NCBI RefSeq assembly: GCF_004010195.1
Contig: NC_057751.1
Span: 7,778,137-7,842,136 of the forward strand
DNA length: 64,000 bases
Direction: 5' to 3'
From: Chiloscyllium plagiosum
Taxonomy: Eukaryota
A program made the position numbers and the translations under genes. This document shows positions 23,710 to 35,904 of this stretch, piece by piece. The notes beneath the pieces are model-generated. The model was not told where the DNA came from, did no database searches, and saw only the letters and a list, made by a program, of their open reading frames with translations. The stretch's first letter is position 1. The number at the start of each line of letters is the position of its first letter.

Positions 23710-25170
23710 ATCCCAAGTACAGTTGTAATGTTATCCTGAACCAAAAAATGCCACCCCCTCCTCTCTTAACCTGCCTTCTCATGCTTCCTATTGCATCTAT
23801 ACCCTGGAACATTAAGCTGCCAGTCCTGTCCTTCCCTCAGACATGCTTCTGTCGCAGCCCAGTCCCATGTTCCCATCTATGTCCTGACATCAACTGCCTT
23901 ACCTGTCAGGCCTCTTGCACTGAAATAAATCCAGTTTAATTTATCAGTCTTACCTCATTCTCACCCTTGTTCTTGCTTGTCTTGACTATTTGACTTGAAC
24001 CTCTTCTCAACTGTACCAGCCTCAGACTTAGCTCTCTTCTCACTGTCTCTTTGGGTCCCACAACGCCTCTCCCTGTCCCACCTCCACTGGAGTAGCACCA
24101 GCAGATCTTCCCGCCAGGAGATTGGTCCCCTTCCAATTCAGGTGGAACCCATCCCTCTTACACAGGTCACTTCTCCCTAGAAGACATTCCAATTCTCCAA
24201 GAATGCAAATCCCTCCCCTTTTCATCAGCTCCTTAGCCACACATTATGTTCTCTATCCTCCTGTTGCGACTCTCACGAGATATGGCACTGGTAATCATCC
24301 AGAAATTACCGACTTTTGAGGACATACTACTTGTTTTTGCCTGATTTACTACATTCGCTCATCAGAACGTCGTCCTTTCCTCTTCCTATGTCGCTGATAC
24401 CAATGTGTACACCAACCTATTGCTAGTCACTCTCCCTTTGAGAACATTCTGCACCCTCTCCAAGACATCATTGACCCTGACACCAGGGAAGCAACACACC
24501 ATTCTGATGTCTAGCGGTCGGCAGCTGAAACGTCTGTCTGTGCCTCTGACTAGACAGTCCCCTTTCACACTCGATCACTTGGAACCTGACATATCCTATA
24601 ATAGAGCCGGAGACAAGATAAAAAACCTGGCTATTGGTGTTCCATACCCTTGAGAGTCCATCACCTGCTCCGTTTATCAAAACAGCGTACTACTTTGAGA
24701 TGGGGATAGCCATACCTGCACTTCCTGTCTATTTCTCCTCCCTTTCCTAGAGGTAACCCATCTCTCTGACTGTATCTGCGGTTTTTCTGCCTTCCTGAAA
24801 CTGCCATCCATCGCACCCCAAAGCTCCAGCAAATTCCTCATGGCCTCAAACTGCTGCTCCAACCAATCCAAGCGATTTGATAGGATTCGCAACCAAACAC
24901 ACTTCCTATAGACGTAATCATCTGGAACATGGAAATTCTCCCTCATCTCCCACAAGAGCACATCACTCTACTGAAGGCCATCTCTGTACCTTAACAATCA
25001 ACAAACCCAGAAAATACCAGTCTTACTGCTCTAAAAAAAAACTGCTCTAGGATAACTTAAAAATTGTTTTATATTAAAAGAGACACATCTCAATGAAACA
25101 TTAAAAAACTCACCCTTTCACTACTGTAGCTTTAGAAAACATAATTGAGATTTAAATGTAAAAACATCTC
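23710..25170 (-). mobile_element. CR1 LINE 5' half: ORF1 (Zn-finger/leucine-zipper plus SGNH esterase) and start of the ORF2 endonuclease, decayed
   Basis: ORFs LLWEMRENFHVPDDYVYRKC...LEQQFEAMRNL, GDCLVRGTDRRF...VCCFPGVRVNDV and DLCKRDGFHLNWKGTNLL; downstream WIYFSARGLTGK...EGQDWQLNVPGYRC. Confidence 0.8.
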
Positions 25171-25265
25171 AAAAATAAACAATTCATTGATCAGTCTCTC
25201 ATCCTAACACTCCCAACTGTGAGTAGTTCCGATAATGAGGTCTCTCCAAGGTCAGATGTGAAATT

Positions 25266-25443
25266 GGGGTCAAAGAGTGTGGTGCTGGAAAAGCACAGCA
25301 GATCAGGCAGCATCCGAGAAGGAGAATCGATGTTTCAGGCATAAGCCCTTCATCAGGAATGACACGCTGCCTGACCTGCGGTGCTTTTCCAGCATCATAC
25401 TTTTTGACTCTGATCTCTAGCATCTGCAGCCCTCACTTACTCC
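25266..25443. mobile_element. Fold-back family A PLE-derived element with hammerhead core
   Basis: Minus-strand ctgatga-a-gggc-ttat-gcct-gaaa-catc at 25329-25356; inverted arms. Confidence 0.75.
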
Positions 25444-25519
25444 ACCTCAATCAGGGATTGATCGACCTTGGAAGAGACCGGGGTGGAATTTCAATCCCAA
25501 GGCCCCTTGTTAACGAGCT

Positions 25520-25790
25520 GTGAACACAGGATTCAAATCCTATGGCCGATGGTGAAAATTAAAAGTAATTTATAAAATGTGGAATATCAAGTACACCATT
25601 GCCATGATCACTGACTGGTTCACTTATTCCCTTCAGCGAAGGAGATTTGTCACCATTACCTGGTCTCTCTTAAATGTGAGCCCAGTCACATAACAATGTG
25701 GTTAACTCTGGACTGCCCTGTGAAATGGCCTGTTAACCCATTTCGTTCAAGAGCAATGAGGTAACTTGGCTGTACCAATATAGAATAACG
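25520..25790 (+). mobile_element. Second tRNA-derived SINE family copy
   Basis: gattcaaatcctatggccgatggtgaaa...ctggttcacttattcccttcagcgaaggagatttg...aatgtggttaactctggactgccctgtgaaatggcc. Confidence 0.55.
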
Positions 25791-26434
25791 GGAAACCTTA
25801 CAAAAAAGAATACACTGAAGAATAGTTAGTATAATTTTCTCCCTTGGAGAACATGTTGCACATATAAATAAGTGAAAATATAAAGGGTGGCTCATTATAT
25901 TAGAAATGAAGTGGACCAGTTACATTGACAACAATATTTAAACTGAAGACAAGCTTGTCTCCCTCTCAGGCTCCAGCAGTTACCACGGTCTGAATCTGGT
26001 AATTAGATTTTCATTTGAACAAATAATATGAGCAAGTCAGAGCTGTTAGTGACGGTCCACTGACTCAATTCTCCTGTCACTGTTTCATCTGCCTCCTGCA
26101 ATGCCCAAAAACCACTTTAATCATGTTGGTTGCTGATTAACTGTGCCCTGTGCTCCCTCTTGATTTGCTGTACTCTAGGGCCTTAAATGGACAACATTAA
26201 CACCCAGTTTTCTGGGATTTGTGTCAGGGAAGCAAGAGCATACAACTTCCAAGCTACCTGTCAGCTGAGTCTAATGCTGAGGCACCCTGAAGAGGTTAAA
26301 CGCTCTCCCTCCCCCAGCTGGAGTGAGGACAGAACAACTAACCTTTATCTTTTTGAAAACCCCACTCCCCAAACCAATGCAACCATTGCCTAGTCTGCCT
26401 GGTGTATTAGCACGCTTCGAGCAAGGCCGGGGTT

Positions 26435-26461
26435 GGGGGGGGGGGGGGGGGGGGGGGGGGG
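26435..26461 (+). repeat. G27 homopolymer
   Basis: Seen directly. Confidence 0.9.
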
Positions 26462-26521
26462 AGAATGTTGGGGAGTAGGGATGTAGATTGGTATAACACC
26501 GGCAGTGCAAAGTTCAGGCTG

Positions 26522-26659
26522 GAGGAGGAGGATGAAGATAATGAGGATGATGAAGATGAGGAGGACGATGACAAAGATGAGGAAGATGGTGATGAAGTTG
26601 AGGAGAATGATGATGAAGATGAAGATGAAGAAGATAAAAAGGAGGATGATGCCGACGAC
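26522..26659 (+). repeat. Degenerate (GAN)n triplet repeat, 46 triplets
   Basis: 38 of 46 triplets are GAN; reads as poly-D/E on + and poly-Ser, hydrophobic or His/Leu/Pro-rich on -. Confidence 0.9.
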
Positions 26660-27834
26660 ACAATGATAACAGGTGCCCAGGTTCTTGTAAGGTTTTGTGG
26701 AGTTGCATGCCCCAGCTGCGACTGCATTGGGTAGGCCACTGGTCAATGGGGAACCTTCCACCATGGAAGAGGGGTCCTTGCGCAGCTGTCATGGCTCCTA
26801 TGTGCATCCTCACTCCTGGTTTCAGCACAGGTCTGGGATTCCTCCAGATGCCTTGACCCACAGTGTGGATGGGAATCAAACAGGACCTCCCAAGTCACTG
26901 CTTGGGCGCGTGAATTTTAACAGGGGCGCTTTCCTTTTGAATCTCCAAAGCTTCAGTCAAGACTGTTATACTGATCCCAAACCAGCCAGTTGGGTCTGAC
27001 ACTGGATAGTGTCCTTTTTCTTCTTGATGGATTTACTCAGTGTAGTGTTACATATGTCCTCTTCTCACTGACCAAAACAGACCCCTGCCCCAGCATTCTC
27101 TCTCTCCCTCCTGCAACTCATCAAAACCAATAAAACAAACACAATCAAATTGAGATGTGACACACAAAAAAAAAATCAATTGAAGTCTGCGGTATTTAAT
27201 GATCCACACCAGGATGGTGAATGCTTTCAGAGTGCTGGTGGGTACACAGGACTCTCTCAACACTATTTCGATGAAACAAGTTGAAACAACCCAACTGAAG
27301 CTAACAAAATGATCAAAACACATCTCTGCCCTTATAATGCTCAACGTGATGAGAGGAAATTCTGAAAGGAAACCTTGAAGTTTGAATTACAATTTGATTT
27401 TGGGAAGCTGGTTTCCCTCCCTTGTCCTTGTGGTGTAGAAACCTCCAGTGAATGAGTGCACACACATTCTCTCCTGTGCTATTCTGTTGAAAATAATGTT
27501 GAGCCATGAACCCTGTTTAAATGAAATAATACAAAATGTATCAGGCAACAGCCCCTTCAGAGGCATAGACACTCTTTCTAAGCACCTCATGTATCTACCG
27601 AAGTAATTCCTACCACCCACATATCTCTTCGATACAATGAACATCCCAGTTTCAAGGGAGGGGCTCTATTAGTGGTGCTGATGTGTGATGACATCTCTGA
27701 ACAGGTTCATTAGGAAATATCTACCATTGGCACAGAGAGGGTCATAGTTGACTGACCTTCTGCCTCAATTGTAATTTCTCAAAGACTTGTTGCAGACTTT
27801 GTTTGGATTTATCTCTTGTCACCCATTGTCTGTT

Positions 27835-28180
27835 TAACATCTACAACAGGTCGTGCTGAAATTCACCAAGCCTTCCTTCATATTGTTGGCAAAATACACA
27901 ATTGCTATCAAACTTGACGGACAAGGGCAGCAGATACATGGGAACACCACTGCCTGCAAATTCCCCTCCAAGCCCCTTCCCATCCTGACTTGGAAATATG
28001 TTCCTTCAATGTCACTGGGTCAAAATTCTGAAATTCCGTCCCCAGGGGCATTGTGGGTCTATCTACAGCACATGGACAGCAGAGGTTCAATAAAGTATCT
28101 CATCACTACCTTAAGGGCAACTAGGGATGGGCGACAAATGCTGGGCAGCGACATTCACGTCCTGAGAATGAAATTTTAAG
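27835..28180 (+). mobile_element. CR1-group LINE 3' end (second family)
   Basis: ggacaagggcagcagatacatgggaacaccac...catcctgacttggaaatatg...aagggcaactagggatgggcgacaaatgctgg. Confidence 0.65.
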
Positions 28181-28798
28181 AAAAAGTTTACTGGGTTTTG
28201 TATCGGCTGTTGTGGGCTCTCCCACTCCCTTGCTCTTTGACACAAAGTGTGTATAGTAGAAAAAAACATCAAAAACACCATGGAATAGAAGCCTTTTGAA
28301 CCCAGGTGCTCAAGTATCACAGGTTAAAGAAGGAGGCTATTCAGCCCATCGTATCTGCATCAGTTCTGTACATGCTATTGCCAGAATGCCATTGCCTTTC
28401 AAACATGACTCATTCACAGAAGAACCCAATGCCCTTGTGGAAGCCTTCAATGAGCCGCTAATACACAGTCAGGCAGCACATGCCAGATCCGAACCACTCG
28501 CTGCTTGGAAACAAGTTCCCACATGTTGTTTTTGCCAATTACTTTGAATCTTTCCCTGCGCCTGTTCTCAAGAGGGACGCAATAGGTTTCAATTCCATGG
28601 TGATTTTGATGGGTTTTTTTCTACTATACACACTTTGTGTCAAAGAGCAAGGGGGTGGGAGAGTCCACAACATCCTACACAAAACCCAGTAAACGTTTTC
28701 TTAAAAAATTCCATTCTCAGGAAGTGAGCGTCGCTGCCCAGCATTTATTGCCCGTCCCTAGTTGCCCTTAAGGTAGTGGTGATCTGCTTTATCGAACG
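28084..28798. repeat. Inverted duplication, arms ~28084-28298 and ~28580-28798
   Basis: For example cccttgctctttgacacaaagtgtgtatagtagaaaaaaa versus ttttttctactatacacactttgtgtcaaagagcaaggg. Confidence 0.9.
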
Positions 28799-29104
28799 TA
28801 TCAACTCCCAATCTACTCGATCCACATTCATGATTGGACAAAGCAGAGGCTTTCCTGTGTCAATGAAATGCCTCATTGGACCACATCTGGATTCATGTGT
28901 ACAGTTCCAGTCACTGCAACTTAGGATGGACTCGATCACTGTGGAAACAGGCTAGATGATAAAAAAGATCATGGAACGCTGTTAGCCCCAACCTGACTTT
29001 GATTTAATGAAACAAGGAAGTTCACGGTGACTTGAGAGGAAATTGGCCAGCTAGGAATACAGGGCAACCTTGATAATCCCAACAAGGGCAGGGAGTATTT
29101 TGTA

Positions 29105-29219
29105 CGGATAATTGAATGTTCGGTTAACACAGTTCACCCAAACATCAGGACCTTGAGATCTTGTTCAGATATCCCGAAATTTGGATAATTGATGTTCAGA
29201 TAATCGAGTCTGCCATGTA
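29105..29219. mobile_element. Tigger-like MITE fragment
   Basis: Repeated (c/t)ggataattga / cagataatcga subterminal motifs ending ...gataatcgagtctgccatgTA. Confidence 0.4.
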
Positions 29220-29361
29220 GACAAGCACTGTACATTGGTGGGTAGGTCCAGATCAAGGAGAGAGCACCTTCATATCAGAAGTGAGCCATTCGGGAGTGAA
29301 GTTACAGACAAAAAAGACTTGGTTACAAAATGTTTGGTCCAAGTGTGGAACTCTATCCTGC

Positions 29362-29492
29362 AGGAGAATGTCAGGACTGCAGATGCTGGAGAGTCAGAGT
29401 CGAAAAGTGTGACACTGGAAAAACACAGGTCAAGCAGCATCCTGCTCCTCAGATATTGCCTGACCCTGCTGTGCTTTTCCAACACTACACTC
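29362..29492. mobile_element. Fold-back family A element, hammerhead deleted
   Basis: ggagaatgtcaggactgcagatgctggag arm plus an inverted arm; degenerate flanking repeat actctatcctgcag / actctgccctacag. Confidence 0.7.
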
Positions 29493-31639
29493 TGCCCTAC
29501 AGCAGAGGCGAGCTCAATCAGAAAACTCAGAAGGACCCATGCTATCTGCAATCATTTCAGAACATCAGGCAAGTGCTGCTGAAGGCTCTGTTGCCCTTTG
29601 CAGCTCTTCCCAAGTGGGACTTGGGAACCTGATCCAGACCACTGGAACTAAGCCATCTCAGTGCATTTGTACAGGGGTAAGCAATCTGAAACAGACTGCA
29701 CCATTGAAATAGCGGTACTTCTCTGCTACCTACATCAGCTTGGGTTATTCGCAACAGGAATCCAAAGTGATAAATGCCGTGAGCAACAGGTTGGTTACAC
29801 ACGCAACAGGCCTACCATTGAATAGATACATCTCAACAGATAACAGCCAGATAGCACAAGTACAATGAACCACTTAACATGACCTGCAATGGGTTGGACT
29901 CCCCAAGACGACTAATTTTCTCTTGTAAGAAGGTGGTTAATTTTTACAAATCAGTTGCATTACCTGCGCCAATATTTTCCAGCAGGAACGTCACACGCAG
30001 TACTTAATCTCTCAGAGAGAGAACGTATCAACTCTCTGGCCATTATCCAACATGGCAGCTGATACTATGACAGACAATTAGCACAAGTGATTAGTTACTG
30101 AGCTGAACCCACTTGGAGGCTGGCGTGGTTTCTCCTCCAGGATCTTTTACACACCATTAAGGGAACTCTGGCAGGAGCACCAGACAGTGACCACTTTTCT
30201 TCAGGGCTCAGTTTACATTCCAGTAGAGATAATGGCAGGAGACTGGGAGATTCCCATGAAGAACTTAAGGGGCTCTGGTCAAAAATGAGCACTGAGGATC
30301 AGATGGTGACCAAGTTTTGCTTTTATGGTTGGTGGCTCCATCTGCCTCACCCTCTCCTACATTCCCTCTATCTTCCCTGATCAGACATTTCATCATTCTT
30401 CCATCCTCCGTCTTCCTCAATTCCTCTCACCTCCTCTCTCTCTCTGGAATGTTGTGTCATTTGAGAATGCACATCAACACACCCAAGCCATAGTATTCAA
30501 CTTCAACCATCTTCCAAACATTGGTCCAAGAGCCACTGGGGTGCTTTGTCCAATGATGACTCTGAATGCCGGTGAGAAGAGATTTATGACAATGTAGGAT
30601 GTACTCACCTTTGGAGCTTTGCCATACCTCCAGTCTAGATTGAGCTCCTGCATTGCCCCCTGTGCACGAAACTTGCATGACTTCACGATCCTCTTAATGA
30701 TTAAAGTTCCTCTCAGCTCACTCATTGGTGGCTCACCCCTCATCTTGATGTCTGCCCTGGTTCATGGTCACCTGAGTGGGGAGGTGGGGGGGACCATCTT
30801 CACAGCACTTGCCCTGCCAAGCCCCCAAAGGAATTACGTCCACCTCACTGAGATCAACCCTCATTCAGCGTTCTACTCAGGTCTCTCCTTGCTGTGCTCA
30901 TATCTCAAGTCAGCACTCAGTCCATCGGAACTTTGTTGGACTCTTTCTGGGGCAACTAACTCTCACATAACAGCAGTGGTTGCCTCTCGGTGTGGCAGAC
31001 TGGCTGGGAAGAATTCTGAAGGATTCAGAGGTGATGAAAAGTATGGATGGAAGCCTTCCTTTCCGAGAAGGGCTCGTTTCTCAGCTGCCTTTCAAGACCC
31101 TCTTGTGGGCAAAGTACCCAAATGGCAACTTGGAGCTCATTCACTAAGTGAAGGGCAAGTGCTCCACCGTCTCACCTGGCTGAGCAGCGAAACCCATGAA
31201 TTAAGAAAGAAATAATGAGAATTGCACATTTCTCTTGTTTCCAAGTGATTGCAGACCGCAGTTGGCCAAGCAGTTTCCTGATACATGCATTCCCATGGAA
31301 ACCAGGAACACTAACTGATGAAACAAGACATTCGCTGACCTATAATTAAAAAGTGCGTCATGCTGAAAATTGATTTTCATTTTTAAAAAGGAAAAAAATT
31401 CCTTTGCAAGAGTTGTTAAAAAATGAATTGCAGGCCTTCACACATAACTATATGGTGAGAATCACTTGGTACACAGTTAACCATCATACTTGGAGTGACT
31501 GACTTGATCTCTGCTTCATTGTGATGCCTCTGACAATGATCACGGCAGAGAGGTTGGCACGGAACAATTAGGTGCATTTTAAATTTCACTCATGTTCCTT
31601 TACATATAAAACATCACAAAAATGAAAAGCTTCCTAAAT

Positions 31640-32410
31640 TGACTTGGGAGTGTTGCTGAACAAAGAGACCTTGGGCTGCAGGTTCATAGTTCCTTGAATG
31701 TAGAGTCACAGGTAGACAAGAAGGTATTTGGTATGCTTGTCTTTATTGGTCAGAGTATTGAGTACAGGAGTTGGGAGGACATGTTGTGGTTGTACAGGAC
31801 ATTTTTTCTGCCACTTTTGGAATGTTGTGTGCAATTCTGGTCTCCTTCCTATCGGAAGGATGTTGTGAAACTTGGAAGGGTTCAGAAGAGATTTACAAGT
31901 ATGTTGCCAGGGTTGGAGGATTTGAGCTATAGGGAGAGGCTGAATAGGCTGAGGCTGTTTTCCCTGGAATGTCGGAGGCTGAGGAGTGACCTTATAGAGG
32001 TTTGCAAAATTATGAGGGGCATGGATAGGGTGAACAGCCAAGGTCTTTTCCCTGAGGTGGGGGAGTCCAGAACTAGAGGGCATAGGTTTAAGGTGAGAGG
32101 AGGAAGATTTAAAGCGACCTTAGGGGTAACTTTTTCATGCAGAGTGGCATGGGTGTATGGAATGAGCTGCCAGAGGGAATGGTGGAGTTTGGTACAATTA
32201 CAGCATTTAAAAGGCATCTGGTTGGTTACATGAAAAGCAAGATTGTAGAGGGAGATGGGCCAAATTAATTCAGGATATCTGGTCAGCATGGACGAGTTGG
32301 ACTGAAAGGTCTATTTCTGTGCTGTACATCTTCATGACTCTATGACTCTAAATGGCACTGGATTAATTTAGGATATCTGGTTGATGTGGATGAGTTGAAC
32401 ATCTCTTTGA
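31640..32410 (+). mobile_element. CR1/HER1 LINE 3' fragment
   Basis: ORF 31694-32233 LYRTFFLPLLECCVQFWSPSYRKDVVKLGRVQKRFTSMLPGL; tail ctatgactcta, partly duplicated. Confidence 0.9.
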
Positions 32411-33264
32411 CTCCATTACCCCTTCGTGAATCCAAGTTGGTAATTCCTTCCCTTTCCCTGTAGGTTACAAATACACCATCCTATGCTGAAAGCAAATATT
32501 TCTGCCCTTCAACTCACAGTTAAAGCCCCTCGCCTTCTCTCATCCCGTCAACGACTGACTAAGTTAATCAAACCAACCCAATGGCATTACCCATCCTTCG
32601 TGGTTACCTTCACTGTCTCTGTTGCACTTTCCCAATTTGTTGGGGGGTGGGGAGGAGGAGGAGGAGAATGACCAGATCATTGACATTTCTCAAGGGTTCA
32701 GGAACCAACTCCAGTGCCTCAAAAATTCCACCTGAATTCCTCAATAAAGTTCCTGATTCATAGCCAACCTCTGTCTTGCAGAAAACACAAGAACAACATT
32801 ATTTAATTCTAATCTCTAAGGTGACCTGCAGGTGAAGGGCTGCTTTGCACATTTCAGTTGACAAGTTCCACAGCCTCTATTTTTTAAGAATCATTTCAGA
32901 ATCTCATAAAGCAAAGCCCCAATTAATTTACACTCTTGATTATTTTTCACACCTTATTTTTTTTCTTTCTCTGCTTCATTTCAACACATAGCAGATACCG
33001 TGATGATTTGCCAATGAGGTGATGGCGGCATCTCTGCACTTGCCGCTTGGCGGTTTGAGGTATTGTCCCGCTGCATCGTCTTGTCAGGAATGTTCGCCAC
33101 CCCAACCGCCACCTCAACCCCCCTACTTGCACCACCACACCCCCGCCCACCTCAGAGAGGGGACAATACTCCAGTTGCACGATGTCCTGTTTAGACCAAA
33201 CCAGGAGTTTCGGCAACAGCTCTGCCCCTGAAAAGCCTGGAGAAGATTCAGTGACTGTGTAGCA

Positions 33265-33735
33265 AGTGCCACCATTTGCAACAATCATGACGTCGACGAT
33301 ATTCTTCAGCACCGCCACCCCACAAGGATGCATACTCTGCCCCCAACTGTTCTCCCTGTACACTCATGATTGTGCAGCCAAATTTGATATGAAAGCCATC
33401 TACAAGTTCATTGATGACGTCAGGGTCGTAAGCCGGATTTCAAACAATGACGAGTCAGGAAGGAGATGGAATGCTTGGTGTCGTGGTGCAGAGATTACAA
33501 TCTCTCCATCAATGTCAGCAAAACTAAAGAGCTGGTTACTGATTTCAGGAAGAAAGGGGGAAGGACATGCCCCTACCGACATCAACGGAGCTGAGGTGGA
33601 GAGGGTTGAAAAGTTCCTAGGAGCGACAATAACCAAAGGTCTGTCCTGGATCTCCCATGTAGATGCCAAAGTCAAGAAGGTGCAACAACACCCCTTCTTC
33701 CTCAGGAGTCTACGGAAATTCACTGCGAATAGTCA
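33265..33735 (+). mobile_element. Rex1/Babar-type RT fragment
   Basis: ORF 33266-33739 TATPQGCILCPQLFSLYTHDCAAKFDMKAIYKFIDD...INGAEVERVEKFLG. Confidence 0.8.
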
Positions 33736-33921
33736 ATGACACCTTTTGAGAGAGAAACAGACTTCCAATAGAAAATGCTTTGCATTTTTTTCCTCAATAT
33801 TTATCTCTTCCCAAACAAACACTTCCCTGGTCCACAGATGTCACCTGACCCACTTAGCATTTCCAGTGAAGGTCAAGTTACCATGGTCTTACCAGAGCAC
33901 AGGGCTGCACTCTCATTACAG

Positions 33922-34243
33922 AGAATCACAGAATACCAACAATGTGGGAGCAGGCCATTCAGCCCATCGAGTCCACAGCCACCCTTCAAAGGGCATACCG
34001 CCCAGAAACGCCCTATATCAGGCACCTTGCACAATCTGGACACCACGGGTAATTTAGCACAGTCAATCCACCCTAAACTGCATATCTTTGGACTGTGTGA
34101 GGAAACCAGAGCACTCGCAGGAAACCCATGCAGATACCATACAATGTACAAATTTCAGACAAACAGTCACCTGAAGGTGGAATCAAAGTAGGTCCCTGGA
34201 GCTGTGAGGCAGCACTGCTAACCACTGAGCCATTGTACCATCC
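33922..34243 (-). mobile_element. HE1 V-SINE
   Basis: Reverse-strand tRNA head (ggctcagtggttagcagtgctgcctcacagc) and V-domain. Confidence 0.75.
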
Positions 34244-35079
34244 TGAGAGAGAGAGAGAGAACTGGCAGTGGTTTAATCTGATGGTCATCATGCCTCAGGT
34301 GAAGGGAAGAGGTTGAGAACAAGGGTCCTTCATCCAAGAATCAGCGGTTGCGAAAAGCGACTGCTTTGTTGAGGAGGCTCTGCATCCAACTGTGTTTGAT
34401 AATGATCCCTCAAAGTGACTTGTGATGAGTTACTGCGTTAAATTCGTTGTCTTAACTCAAATTGCTCTTGATTTGGTCGGTTGCAGACACGAGTGTGTCA
34501 CGTTTCACCAGTAGAGAGAAAGAGAAGGAGAGAAGTCTAGCACTGTGGTCACTATTGATGAGGAAGCTCGAATGGCCCAGATCTGTCCTAGATTCCAGAG
34601 CCAATATCCCAACGCTCTTCAAATTTTATCAGACTTTTGCACAAAGCAGAAATGCATCTATCAATATAGGATTCAAACATTTTAATCAAACTGCAATTAC
34701 TACTTCCCACAATTAAAATAAACACAGCAGGATGCATAATTAGATGAAATAAAACCAATGCAAAGCATACTGCATCATGAATTCCAATGCGAAAGCAGAT
34801 GAATTGCAAGGCAGTGCGTTGCCGTGTTATTTAAAGGTTACTCGCTGTACCTGCTGGGAACTGTTTGATCGATACAGATTCATTCATGCTTTGCACTTTT
34901 TTCCTCAACTTTCATCTCTCCTCACGTGGACAGGCCGAGTGATACTGGGGATTAGTTCCACCATGGCTGGGGTCACTGTTAAGATTCGACATTCAAAGCT
35001 GGTGACGGGAGGCTCATTTGTCGCCTTCTACGCTGCTGTGGAGCTATGGGGGGAGACCTTCACCAACTGTTGCACTGAA

Positions 35080-35345
35080 ATCAAGCCTTACATTTCCACA
35101 GCGCCTTTCACAGCCTTGGGATATCTTCAGGAGCTTCACTACCCACCGAGTCCTCTTGGTGTGCACCCACTGTGTCGAGCATAGCAGCCCATTTGCGCAC
35201 AGCAAGCTTCCAAGAGCAGTCCCAACCAAGGGAAAGAACCTGTTTCAGTGACACTGATGAAGATGTAAACATAGAGCAGGGCCAACAGTTAGAAATCCCC
35301 TGCTCTTCCTCTTCAAATGGGAGGGAAGCTTTTCCACAGGAAGGC
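35080..35345 (-). mobile_element. DeuSINE-like SINE fragment
   Basis: ttacatttccacagcgcctttcac...catttgcgcacagcaagcttcc...atcccctgctcttcctcttcaaat. Confidence 0.5.
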
Positions 35346-35359
35346 CAACCTCCCATCTA

Positions 35360-35710
35360 TAGAATCCATCTCCCAGGCCCACTGTCAAGGAAAGGCCGCC
35401 AGCATTCTCAAAGATCCATCCCACCCTGGCAATGCTTTTCTACAGCCTCTACCATCGGGAAGAAAGTACAGAAGCCTGAACACACGCACCAGCTGGTTAC
35501 AAAACAGTTTCTACCCGACTGCTGTTAGAATACTGAATGGACTCACAAACTCTTCACATTCGTCTGTACCTGTGTTTGTATTTTTGCTGCTGTTTACCTA
35601 TTATTTATTAATCTACGCTACTTAACTCTGTGATCTGCCTGTATTGCTCACAAGACAAAGCTTTTCACTGTGCCTCGGTACACGTGACAATAAATTCAAT
35701 TCAATTCCAT
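35360..35710 (+). mobile_element. Rex1/Babar-type LINE 3' end
   Basis: KAASILKDPSHPGNAFLQPLPSGRKYRSLNTRTSWLQNSFYPTAVRILN followed by an aataaattcaattcaattc tail. Confidence 0.8.
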
Positions 35711-35904
35711 GTATCTGAAAGGGGGTCTCAGTTCAATATCTCATCCAAATCCTCCTCTGAGTTCTTGGTAGGTCTTCACTTGTCTCTTGGAAAGGTTTCA
35801 TTACATACTCATTGCCACTTGTCTGACAGCAATTCCTGTTTAAGTGCCATAGGATGTTTTGCCCTATTGCCGATGTCACATTAAAAAGTGACTTCATTGC
35901 ATTC

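Noticed and set aside
30619..31215. 198-aa ORF and a nearby minus-strand donor (aag|gtgagtac near 30608)
   Set aside because: Non-ATG start, no homology recognised and no consistent gene model.
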